A DNA stretch of 63,806 nucleotides from Bacteroidota bacterium (GTDB taxonomy: Bacteria; Bacteroidota; Bacteroidia; Bacteroidales; UBA12077): the NCBI GenBank assembly GCA_034661075.1, contig JAYEKP010000088.1:1-63806 (forward strand), given 5' to 3'. Positions 17,595 to 25,969 of this stretch are shown here, one piece after another. The notes under the pieces were generated by a model that worked only from the letters and a program-made list of their open reading frames with translations, did not search any database and was not told where the DNA came from. Position 1 is the first letter of the stretch. The number at the start of each line of letters is the position of its first letter. A program made the position numbers and the translations under genes.

Positions 17595-19391
17595 ATGAAA
17601 TTAAAAGACATATTAACACCTTTTACCGCCTGGAAAAATGTTTTTGAAGATCCCAAAACGGTAAAAGACCCTTTAAATGACCGGCCAGGAGCCGAAAGAT
17701 ATAGAGGCTTTCATAAAAATGATATCGAAACCTGTATTGGGTGTGGTACGTGTGAGGAAATCTGTGAAAATCAAGCCATTGATTTGGTTCCTGTAGAAGG
17801 CATCGAAACAAAAGACGGGGACAGTGGATTACGGCCCAGAATTGATTACGGAAGATGTTGCTGGTGTGCCCTATGTGTGGATGTTTGTACCACAGGGTCG
17901 CTAACTCTAAGTAACGAATATACCTGGGTTTCTGAAGATCCTGAAGACTTTAGATATACCCCTGGGGTTGATAAAAAAACCTGGGACAAAAATGAAGCAG
18001 GATGGAAAAAACCTGAACATGGGTATGAATTATATCCTCTTGAGCGGGTGAAAATCGAGCATCTGAAACCGGAAGAGAGGGATCAATCATTTATAGAGAT
18101 AATAAAAGGTTACTCCAAAGAAGAAGCACAAAAAGAAGCCGACCGTTGTGTGGAATGTGGGATATGTGTTGCAACCTGCCCTGCACATATGGGAATCCCT
18201 GAATATATTAAAGCCGTTCGGGAAGATAATATTGAAGAAGGACTTAGAAAATTGTATGAAACCAACCCCTTACCCGAGATTTGTGGAAGGATATGTACGC
18301 ATAAATGTGAAACGGTTTGTTCTGTCGGGAATCTGGGTGAGCCTCTATCTATCCGATGGCTCAAAAGATATATTGCCGACCAGGTGGATTCTGAAGACTA
18401 TAAACGAATTTTAGGAACCGATGGCATTGAAAATAAAGATAAAAAAATAGCGATTATTGGCTCTGGGCCATCGGGATTATCAGCAGCATACTATCTGGCT
18501 CTCATGGGATATCAGGTTAAAATATTTGAAGCTTATCCACAAGCCGGTGGAATGATGCGTTATGGAATCCCGGAGTATCGATTACCTTACGGCCAGATTG
18601 ACAAAGATATAAATTATATTCTGTCATTAGGTGTTGAAATAAAATACAATACACGAATAGGCAAAGATATAACCCTTGAAAATCTTCAGAAAGAATACGA
18701 CGCAGTATTTTCAGGTACAGGATTGCATTTGGGCAGAAGTACCCGAATACCGGGAACAGACCATGAAAATGTTTATCAGGCAATCGATCTACTGCGAGAT
18801 ATTACTATGGGGAAAGAAGTCCCTGTTGCTGAAAAGATAGTTGTAATTGGAGGGGGAAATGTAGCAATGGATATTACCCGCTCGCTGGCACGTTTACAAA
18901 ATCAGAAGTATGGTAAAGTACATATAACAGCAACCTCGCTTGAATCTGAGGATATTATGCCCGCCGACCGGGAAGAAGTGGTAGAGGCGCGCGAAGAAAA
19001 AGCAACCATTGAACCCGGATGGGGACCGACATCCATCGAGATTGAAAACAATAAAATTAAAGGATTGCATGTGCAGAAATGTACTTCTGTTTTTGATAAA
19101 GATGGCCGCTTCAATCCAAAATTTGATGAATCACAAACAAAATTCTTCGAAGCTGATATGGTGATTGAATCCATAGGACAGGGAATGGATATTGAATACA
19201 TCAGTAAAGATACCCGCGAACAAATGGAGTTTGACCCTCGAGGTAGAATTATTGTTGATAATTATTTCCAGACAGGTGCCAAATGGCTGTTTGTAGGTGG
19301 TGATATTATCCAGGGGCCGGATGTTATCCATGGTATTGCCAACGGACATAAAGCAGCCATAGGAATTGACCGGTTTTTAATGAATAAATAA
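17595..19391 (+). CDS. Fusion protein: NuoI/MbxN-like 2x[4Fe-4S] ferredoxin domain + GltD/NfnB/PreT-like FAD- and NAD(P)H-binding iron-sulfur flavoprotein
   Basis: 598 aa. N-terminal CIGCGTCEEIC and CCWCALCVDVC motifs. GltD-type Fe-S region follows (RCVECGICVATCP...GRICTHKCETVC). FAD fold IAIIGSGPSGLSAAYYL...AGGMMRYGIPEYRLP, and a second dinucleotide fold IVVIGGGNVAMD. Confidence 0.85.
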   Translation: MKLKDILTPFTAWKNVFEDPKTVKDPLNDRPGAERYRGFHKNDIETCIGCGTCEEICENQAIDLVPVEGIETKDGDSGLRPRIDYGRCCWCALCVDVCTTGSLTLSNEYTWVSEDPEDFRYTPGVDKKTWDKNEAGWKKPEHGYELYPLERVKIEHLKPEERDQSFIEIIKGYSKEEAQKEADRCVECGICVATCPAHMGIPEYIKAVREDNIEEGLRKLYETNPLPEICGRICTHKCETVCSVGNLGEPLSIRWLKRYIADQVDSEDYKRILGTDGIENKDKKIAIIGSGPSGLSAAYYLALMGYQVKIFEAYPQAGGMMRYGIPEYRLPYGQIDKDINYILSLGVEIKYNTRIGKDITLENLQKEYDAVFSGTGLHLGRSTRIPGTDHENVYQAIDLLRDITMGKEVPVAEKIVVIGGGNVAMDITRSLARLQNQKYGKVHITATSLESEDIMPADREEVVEAREEKATIEPGWGPTSIEIENNKIKGLHVQKCTSVFDKDGRFNPKFDESQTKFFEADMVIESIGQGMDIEYISKDTREQMEFDPRGRIIVDNYFQTGAKWLFVGGDIIQGPDVIHGIANGHKAAIGIDRFLMNK

Positions 19392-19408
19392 TTTAAAATT
19401 ATTTTGCT

Positions 19409-20389
19409 ATGATAGATCTTTCGACCGAATACATGGGGTTAAAACTAAAAAACCCAATTATCGCAGCCAGCTCGGGACTAACCGACACGGCAGAAAAAGT
19501 AAAAAAACTGGAAGATAGTGGTGTAGGTGCTGTTGTTTTAAAATCATTGTTCGAAGAACAAATCCGTATGAAAGTTGATTCTTTAGGTATGAACAACATG
19601 TTTAATACCTATTCGGATAACGAAAATTACATAGCCTTTTACACCAAACAAAATACTGTAAACGAATATTTAACGCTTATCAAAGACTCCAAAGCAAAAG
19701 TTAATATTCCGGTTATTGCCAGCATTAATTGCTACTCTATGGGCGAATGGGTTGAGTTTACCCAAAAAATTGAAGAAGCAGGAGCTGACGGTATTGAATT
19801 AAATATGTTTATATTACCCGGAGATATTGAACAAAAAGGAGAAGAAATTGAACAAAAATATTTTGACATTATCCGGAAGGTTCAGGAACATACATCGCTA
19901 CCTGTTGCTGTGAAATTAAGCTACTATTTTTCGGGAATGGGCGAAATTTTAAAGCGTATCTCTCAAACCGGAATAAAAGGAATGGTATTATTTAATCGTT
20001 TTTATAATCCTGATGTTGATTTGGAAAATGAAAAAATAAAACCTTCGAGAATTTTTAGTGTCCCTGAAGAAAACTCCATGTGTATCCGTTGGATTGGTTT
20101 ACTATCGGGTAAAGTAACTTGCGACATGGCTGCTTCAACGGGTATCGATGATGGATATGGCGCATTAAAAAATATTCTGGTCGGCGCCAAAGCCGTTCAG
20201 GTAGCATCTGCTTTATATCAAAATAAATTAGAACATATTAACCAAATGCTAACCCAGATGGAATCGTGGATGCAGAATAAAGGGTACAATTCTATCCAGG
20301 AAATTATTGGAAAATTAAATTACTCCAAACACAATGTTGAATTGTACGAAAGAGCCCAGTTTATGAAATATTACTCGAGTTACGAATAA
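19409..20389 (+). CDS. Dihydroorotate dehydrogenase-like (PyrD/PreA-fold) FMN TIM-barrel protein lacking the class-1 catalytic Cys
   Basis: 326 aa. N-terminus LSTEYMGLKLKNPIIAASSGLT and GADGIELN are DHOD-like. Where class-1 DHOD/DPD has LN(L)SCPN, this protein has LNMFILPG. No C-terminal ferredoxin domain. Confidence 0.75.
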   Translation: MIDLSTEYMGLKLKNPIIAASSGLTDTAEKVKKLEDSGVGAVVLKSLFEEQIRMKVDSLGMNNMFNTYSDNENYIAFYTKQNTVNEYLTLIKDSKAKVNIPVIASINCYSMGEWVEFTQKIEEAGADGIELNMFILPGDIEQKGEEIEQKYFDIIRKVQEHTSLPVAVKLSYYFSGMGEILKRISQTGIKGMVLFNRFYNPDVDLENEKIKPSRIFSVPEENSMCIRWIGLLSGKVTCDMAASTGIDDGYGALKNILVGAKAVQVASALYQNKLEHINQMLTQMESWMQNKGYNSIQEIIGKLNYSKHNVELYERAQFMKYYSSYE

Positions 20390-20402
20390 CGAAATAAGGA
20401 GA

Positions 20403-20432
20403 ATGACCGGTATTTTGCCGGTCATTTTTTTA
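20403..20432 (+). terminator. Rho-independent terminator ending the 8223-20389 operon
   Basis: ATGACCGG-tattttg-CCGGTCAT followed by T7, 14 nt after the stop codon. Confidence 0.8.
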
Positions 20433-20512
20433 TCATACAAATATAATTATATAGATATATTGATTTATATAATATTTTTCCCTATTTTTACGTAAACTAA
20501 AATTTTACACCT

Positions 20513-20989
20513 ATGCTAGCCAAAGAGATTTTAGAAAAAAAGAAAGAACAAGGGAATCATAAAGTGAGTACAATAACAGAAAACACTTCTGCTTTTGAAG
20601 CCATAGCTCAATTGGACAAATTAAAAATTGGTTCGTTATTAGTCATCAACAATAAAAATGAAATCTTAGGAATTGTTTCGGAGCGTGATATTTTATATAA
20701 ATGCTATAACTCAGGTATCCCTCTAAAAGAAAGAACCATCAAAGATTTAATGACTCCTAAGGAAGATCTTATCATTGGCAAATTGGAAGATGATACGCAC
20801 TATTTGCGAAATGTAATGACTCAAAAACGAATCCGGCATATTCCCATTATTGATAATTCAGGCCAATTAGCAGGTATTATTTCTTCAGGCGATATCCTGA
20901 AAAATGAACTGAAAGTAACCGAAAAAGAAGCCCGATTATTACGCGAACATATCAGGAATCCTTTCGGAATACATTTGTATGATGAATAA
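20513..20989 (+). CDS. CBS-pair domain protein
   Basis: 158 aa. Two CBS-like repeats (GIVSERDIL..., HIPIIDNSGQLAGIISSGDILK). Confidence 0.8.
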   Translation: MLAKEILEKKKEQGNHKVSTITENTSAFEAIAQLDKLKIGSLLVINNKNEILGIVSERDILYKCYNSGIPLKERTIKDLMTPKEDLIIGKLEDDTHYLRNVMTQKRIRHIPIIDNSGQLAGIISSGDILKNELKVTEKEARLLREHIRNPFGIHLYDE

Positions 20990-21003
20990 ACAAAACGATT
21001 AAA

Positions 21004-21267
21004 TTATATATCAAGTTTTCCGGGTTTAATCTTACTATCCGGATACTCAACCTCCTGATCGGGATGATCGGCAAAAAATTGCAAATCTTTAACAAACCCG
21101 TCAATATCCTGATCAGAAAATCCCTTCTCTTTTGCAGCCTCTTCGAGTGTACCCCAAATAGGTTCTCCACAGGCAATACATTTTATCCCTTCGTTCATTA
21201 AATATTTTACCGCTTGTGGAACTTCTTCCACCAGTTCATCAATGGTTATGTCTTTTGTAATTTTCAT
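21004..21267 (-). CDS. DUF1858-type small redox protein (hybrid-cluster-protein-associated disulfide domain family)
   Basis: 87 aa. ITKDITIDELVEEVPQAVKYLMNEGIKCIACGEPIWGTLEEAAKEKG matches the DUF1858 pattern with CxxC. Confidence 0.7.
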   Translation of the reverse strand: MKITKDITIDELVEEVPQAVKYLMNEGIKCIACGEPIWGTLEEAAKEKGFSDQDIDGFVKDLQFFADHPDQEVEYPDSKIKPGKLDI

Positions 21268-21424
21268 ATGTTTATTTTTTGTTTTTTTAAGGTCATATGG
21301 AACCGCATAATTAAAATAATCATTATCGTGTGTGTATTTTTTGATTAAAAAAATTCATATTCGTTTCATATGATCTCTTTTTTATTCCTAACCTATAACA
21401 TTAAAAAATGTTCACAAAAGAAAA

Positions 21425-22246
21425 TTAATGAATAATATATTTATTTCCCTTCGCATGACAAGACGGACTTGTTTCGGTTTCCGGGAAATATTCACCAATT
21501 AAATGATATAAGTCAATATCGTACTCTCTCATCTCTTCGCGGGTATTTACTGCATTATGTTTACCATCCGGTGCAGGAACTTCTGCATTAACATCAAACC
21601 AGTTTTGAACTCCTTCGGCCCAATACTCCCAGATATTGGTTGCGGCATAGGTATTATTATATTTACCTTGAGAAATTGCATTATCTAACAAATCCTGTAA
21701 AATAGCATTAAAATCTTCCCGGACAGGTAAAATTCCTACCGCATGAATCGTATGTGCAAATTCATGAATAAGAATATCCTCGGCATGATATTTATCGATT
21801 TGATAACAAAGAAGATTCTCTTCTGCACAAGAGGTTAAAGGCAACTCTACAGTACCTCCTAATCCTCTGGCCCTTACATCCCAGTTAAGACTTGTATCAT
21901 TTTCCAGATGAGCATGTTCCGGGATATCTGTCGTTCCCTCATATCGGGCCATTATGGCAACTCTCGTATCTACTTTAACCATTTCTTGCAATACAACTTT
22001 TGGCAACCCATTGGTCATAAACAAAATAATTTCATAAGCTTTAGACAATGCCTCATCAGGCACTTTACGTGATGAAATAATATGAATACCGTTAGCATTC
22101 ACATATTTTTTATAAAAAGGGTCTAATTCCAAACTTACGGGAGGTGAGATAATGGATACGTTTGACTTACTTTTTATTTGTGCAATCCCAGACAATGACA
22201 AAAATAAAATACTCGTAATTGTAAACAGAACTATAATTGATCTCAT
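21425..22246 (-). CDS. Secreted putative zinc metallopeptidase (HExxH)
   Basis: 273 aa. N-terminal signal peptide. HEFAHTIH zinc-binding-type motif. Family not recognised. Confidence 0.5.
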   Translation of the reverse strand: MRSIIVLFTITSILFLSLSGIAQIKSKSNVSIISPPVSLELDPFYKKYVNANGIHIISSRKVPDEALSKAYEIILFMTNGLPKVVLQEMVKVDTRVAIMARYEGTTDIPEHAHLENDTSLNWDVRARGLGGTVELPLTSCAEENLLCYQIDKYHAEDILIHEFAHTIHAVGILPVREDFNAILQDLLDNAISQGKYNNTYAATNIWEYWAEGVQNWFDVNAEVPAPDGKHNAVNTREEMREYDIDLYHLIGEYFPETETSPSCHAKGNKYIIH

Positions 22247-22350
22247 CGGTTTATACTTTTAAGTTGTCATGTAAAATTACAAAATCTTTACTATTTACCT
22301 TAATAAAAAAATTTTTATGAACGAACAAATTTAGTGTGAGCAGTAAAAAT

Positions 22351-23649
22351 TTAAATTTTTCGATATATCTTTTTAGGAGCATACAAGCTAAGCGTAACCA
22401 CCCGGGCAATCATAAACAGCATAAATGCAGCCCATAACCCATGGTTCTGAAAGAAATGATGCAGTAAAAAATATGCCGGCAGAAAAATTAAAAAAGCAGA
22501 TATCAACATCGAGTTACGCATACTGGCTGAGGCCGTTACACCGATAAATATGCCATCCCAGATAAATGCTCCAAAAGTTAAAACAGGGATTAAATATACC
22601 CAAACCAAATAAGGCTGAATCGATTGAATAACCTCCTGATTATCGGTAAAAATACTTAGCAATAAACTATCGCCAAAATAATATGCTGCCGTAAATATTC
22701 CGGACATTAATAAACCCCAGTAGAAAAGCAGTTTAGAAACTTTAATTAACCGTTCTTTATCTCTGGCACCAAAATATTTTCCGGCCAGCGCCTCCCCTGC
22801 ATAAGCAAATCCATCCACGATGTAAGCATAAATAGTAAAAAACTGTAAAAGAAGTGTATTTACGGCCAGAAGTGTATCACCATATTGGGCCGACTTTGCG
22901 GTAAAAAACGATAAGGTAAAAACCAGGCTTAAGGTTCTGATAAATATATCTTTATTTACATTAAAGAAAATTTTAAGCTTATCAACTTGAACAATATCTT
23001 TAAAACGAAAATATTTTATCAGCCTTTTTTTATGATTTAAGATAAACAAAAAGACCACAATTAATCCGGAATACTGGGCTAAAACGGTTCCCAATGCCAC
23101 GCCGTCCGATTTCATCCCAAAAAATCTAACCAATGTAACATTAAAAACAATATTTAATACATTGATGGTTATCGCAATCATCATCGGGATTTTTGCATTT
23201 TGCATTCCGATAAACCACCCGGTTATTGAGTAAATAGCAATAGTAGCCGGTGCGGCCCAAATACGAATATAAAAATATTCGCGGGCAAAATACTCTACCT
23301 CCTCACTCCCATTGATAATAAAAAAACTCAGCCACTCAATAGGGATTTGCAAAATAATTAACCCTATGGCTCCGGCTAATCCTACAAAAAGCGCACGATA
23401 CAATAACTGGAAACTTTCTTTAAGATCTCTTTTTCCAAACGATTGGGCGGTAAAGCCACTGGTTCCCATCCGCAAAAAACTAAATCCCCAGTAAATAAAA
23501 TTAAAAATCATGCTTCCCAGAGCAATCGCACCTATATACACTTTTGATTCAAGGTGGCCAACCAGCGATAAATCAACAATGCCCAATAACGGAATGGTGA
23601 TATTGCTGATAATGTTAGGAATGGCGATATTTAAAATTCGTCGGTTCAT
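22351..23649 (-). CDS. MATE-family efflux transporter
   Basis: 432 aa, 12-TM-type. N-terminus ILNIAIPNIISNITIPLLGIVDLSLVGHL is typical of MATE/DinF-like proteins. Confidence 0.85.
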   Translation of the reverse strand: MNRRILNIAIPNIISNITIPLLGIVDLSLVGHLESKVYIGAIALGSMIFNFIYWGFSFLRMGTSGFTAQSFGKRDLKESFQLLYRALFVGLAGAIGLIILQIPIEWLSFFIINGSEEVEYFAREYFYIRIWAAPATIAIYSITGWFIGMQNAKIPMMIAITINVLNIVFNVTLVRFFGMKSDGVALGTVLAQYSGLIVVFLFILNHKKRLIKYFRFKDIVQVDKLKIFFNVNKDIFIRTLSLVFTLSFFTAKSAQYGDTLLAVNTLLLQFFTIYAYIVDGFAYAGEALAGKYFGARDKERLIKVSKLLFYWGLLMSGIFTAAYYFGDSLLLSIFTDNQEVIQSIQPYLVWVYLIPVLTFGAFIWDGIFIGVTASASMRNSMLISAFLIFLPAYFLLHHFFQNHGLWAAFMLFMIARVVTLSLYAPKKIYRKI

Positions 23650-23779
23650 GAGTTATTTCGATGCACGAAAATAATTTTTTAAAAATTAGTAAACAATACC
23701 AATTTTCTTTTGTTATACAACTAAATCATTTAGAACGATTCTAAATAACAAAATGTCTAACTATTAAAATTACAAAATT

Positions 23780-24376
23780 ATAGCTTTTAAATTACCAAAT
23801 TTATCATACAGTTACGATGCATTAGAACCATATATTGATGCACGAACCATGGAGATACACCATACCAAACATCATGGTGGATATACCAATAAGTTAAACG
23901 ATGCAATAAAAGGAACTCCGATTGAAAATCAATCGATTGAAGAGATATTAAAAAAAGTTTCAAAACATCCAACGGCTGTTAGAAATAATGGCGGCGGGTA
24001 TTATAACCACAAACTCTTTTGGGACATTATGTCGCCCGAAGGAGGTGGTGAACCTTCAGGAAAATTGATGGATACCATAAAAAAAGACTTTGGCTCTTTC
24101 GATAAATTCAAAGAAGAGTTTAATCAGGCTGCGGCCACCCGTTTTGGCTCGGGTTGGGCATGGCTGATGAACCAGAACGGGAAATTAGTAATTGCCTCTA
24201 CTCCAAACCAGGATAATCCGTTAATGGATATCAGTGAAGTAAAAGGAACCCCCATATTAGGACTTGATGTATGGGAACATGCATATTACTTAAAATACCA
24301 AAACAGAAGGCCCGAATATATTGATGCTTTCTGGAGTATAGTTGACTGGAATAAAGTAAAAAAGCGTTTTGTTTAG
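23780..24376 (+). CDS. sodA: Mn-type superoxide dismutase with ATA at the Met1 position (non-canonical start or start-loss pseudogene)
   Basis: The frame is open from 23768. The translation (I)[31 protein letters not shown]... is a full SOD N-terminus. There is no ATG/GTG/TTG between the upstream TAA (23765) and the internal Met at 23849. [11 protein letters not shown] and [18 protein letters not shown] motifs are present. Confidence 0.7.
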   Translation: MAFKLPNLSYSYDALEPYIDARTMEIHHTKHHGGYTNKLNDAIKGTPIENQSIEEILKKVSKHPTAVRNNGGGYYNHKLFWDIMSPEGGGEPSGKLMDTIKKDFGSFDKFKEEFNQAAATRFGSGWAWLMNQNGKLVIASTPNQDNPLMDISEVKGTPILGLDVWEHAYYLKYQNRRPEYIDAFWSIVDWNKVKKRFV

Positions 24377-24436
24377 TTGTTTTACCAACTGCCCTTAGGC
24401 AGTGCAGATTTGTAAATGTAATTTAGGTTTAGTAAG

Positions 24437-24460
24437 GCCGGGATTTTTCCCGGCCTTTTT
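24437..24460 (+). terminator. Rho-independent terminator after the first SOD gene
   Basis: GGCCGGG-attttt-CCCGGCC followed by TTTTT. Confidence 0.75.
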
Positions 24461-24530
24461 GTTGTAATTCCCTTTTTTATTCATTAAATTTATTTAACAA
24501 TTTGATGTCAAACCTAAAAAAATAATCATT

Positions 24531-25106
24531 ATGGCTTTCGAATTACCTAATTTACCCTATGCATACGACGCACTAGAACCAGAAATATCCAAACAAACGC
24601 TCGAGTTCCATCACGATAAGCATCACGCTGCTTATGTAAACAAGTTAAATAATTTAATTAAAGGAACCGAGTTTGAGAATGCAGATATTGTAGATATCAT
24701 TATGAAATCGGATGGTGGTATTTTTAACAATGCTGCACAGACCTGGAATCATACCTTTTACTTTGATCAATTTGGCAAAGACAAAAGCAATGAACCCAAA
24801 GGACAGCTGAAAGATGCAATAAATGAGACATATGGTTCATTTAATGAATTCAAAGAAAAATTCGCAGATGCAGCAAAAACCTTATTTGGATCGGGTTGGG
24901 CATGGTTAGTTAAAAAACCGAACGGCAGCCTGGATATTGTCCAAACACCCAATGCGGCGAATCCGTTAACCGAGGGGTTAATCCCTATTTTAACCTGCGA
25001 TGTATGGGAACATGCTTACTATTTAGATTATCAGAATAAGCGTCCCGATTACATCGAGAGTTTCTGGAAAATTCTCGATTGGGATATCATCTCCGGCCGC
25101 TATTAA
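24531..25106 (+). CDS. sodB: Fe-type superoxide dismutase
   Basis: 191 aa. MAFELPNLPYAYDALEP, AAQTWNHTFYF (Fe-type signature as I recall) and [18 protein letters not shown]. Confidence 0.9.
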   Translation: MAFELPNLPYAYDALEPEISKQTLEFHHDKHHAAYVNKLNNLIKGTEFENADIVDIIMKSDGGIFNNAAQTWNHTFYFDQFGKDKSNEPKGQLKDAINETYGSFNEFKEKFADAAKTLFGSGWAWLVKKPNGSLDIVQTPNAANPLTEGLIPILTCDVWEHAYYLDYQNKRPDYIESFWKILDWDIISGRY

Positions 25107-25159
25107 ACATATTTAAAACCATTTTAAATTACCTATTCAGGTAATACAATACTTTTTTT

Positions 25160-25195
25160 GTTCCCGGAAATTTTTATCTTCGGGAACATTTTTTA
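25160..25195 (+). terminator. Rho-independent terminator after sodB
   Basis: GTTCCCG...CGGGAAC stem followed by ATTTTTT. Confidence 0.65.
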
Positions 25196-25222
25196 TGATC
25201 AAAACTTACTAAATTTAATATT

Positions 25223-25798
25223 ATGAGCTCATTGAAAGGAACACGTACAGAACAAAACCTGTTAAAATCATTTGCCGGAGAATCGCAGGCAAAAAACCGA
25301 TATGAATTTTTTGCTAAGGTTGCCAAAAAAGAAGGCTACGAACAAATAGCCGAATTCTTTTTAGAAACAGCCGCACAAGAACAACAACATGCCAAAACAT
25401 TTTTCAAATTGCTTGAAGGAGGAATGGTTGAAATCACGGCTTCGTATCCGGCAGGAGTTATTGGAACTACCACAGAAAATTTAAAAGCGGCAGCCGAAGG
25501 TGAAAACGAAGAATGGTCTGAGCTTTATCCTGAGTTTGCAAAGATTGCAGAAGAAGAAGGATTCAAAAAAATTGCTACTACTTTCAAGCTTATTGCAAAA
25601 GTTGAAGCCGAGCATGAAAAGCGGTACCTTAAACTACTTGAAAATATTGAACAAGGTAAAGTTTTTGAACGCGAAGAAAAAGTGCGTTGGGTATGCCGCA
25701 AGTGCGGACATGTACACGAAAGTAAAAAAGCACTTAAAAATTGCCCGGTTTGTGGCCATCCGGAAGCTTATTTTGAGATAGAAAAAACAAACTATTAA
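25223..25798 (+). CDS. rbr: Rubrerythrin
   Basis: 191 aa. Ferritin-like diiron domain (TEQNLLKSFAGESQAKNRY...EQQHA...EAEHEKRY). C-terminal rubredoxin-type CxxC...CxxC (CRKCGH...CPVCGH). Confidence 0.92.
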   Translation: MSSLKGTRTEQNLLKSFAGESQAKNRYEFFAKVAKKEGYEQIAEFFLETAAQEQQHAKTFFKLLEGGMVEITASYPAGVIGTTTENLKAAAEGENEEWSELYPEFAKIAEEEGFKKIATTFKLIAKVEAEHEKRYLKLLENIEQGKVFEREEKVRWVCRKCGHVHESKKALKNCPVCGHPEAYFEIEKTNY

Positions 25799-25856
25799 TA
25801 AGAGTTTAAACTTATATCTAAGAGGATGTCCTAAAAGTGTTTATTTCAATATACAC

Positions 25857-25916
25857 TTCGACAGGCTCAGTGTGACATCTTAGTTGTTAGCTCATTGTCA
25901 TATTGAGCTTGTCGAA
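25857..25916 (+). repeat. 21-bp-arm hairpin of the TTCGACARGCTCA...TGACA repeat type
   Basis: Arms are 25857-25877 and 25896-25916. The three non-Watson-Crick positions are all G.U pairs when the plus strand is folded (C.A on the minus strand). Confidence 0.7.
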
Positions 25917-25969
25917 ATATGAATAACTAATGAACACTCTCTTTTATCTTACGCAAAAAATTATGCATT

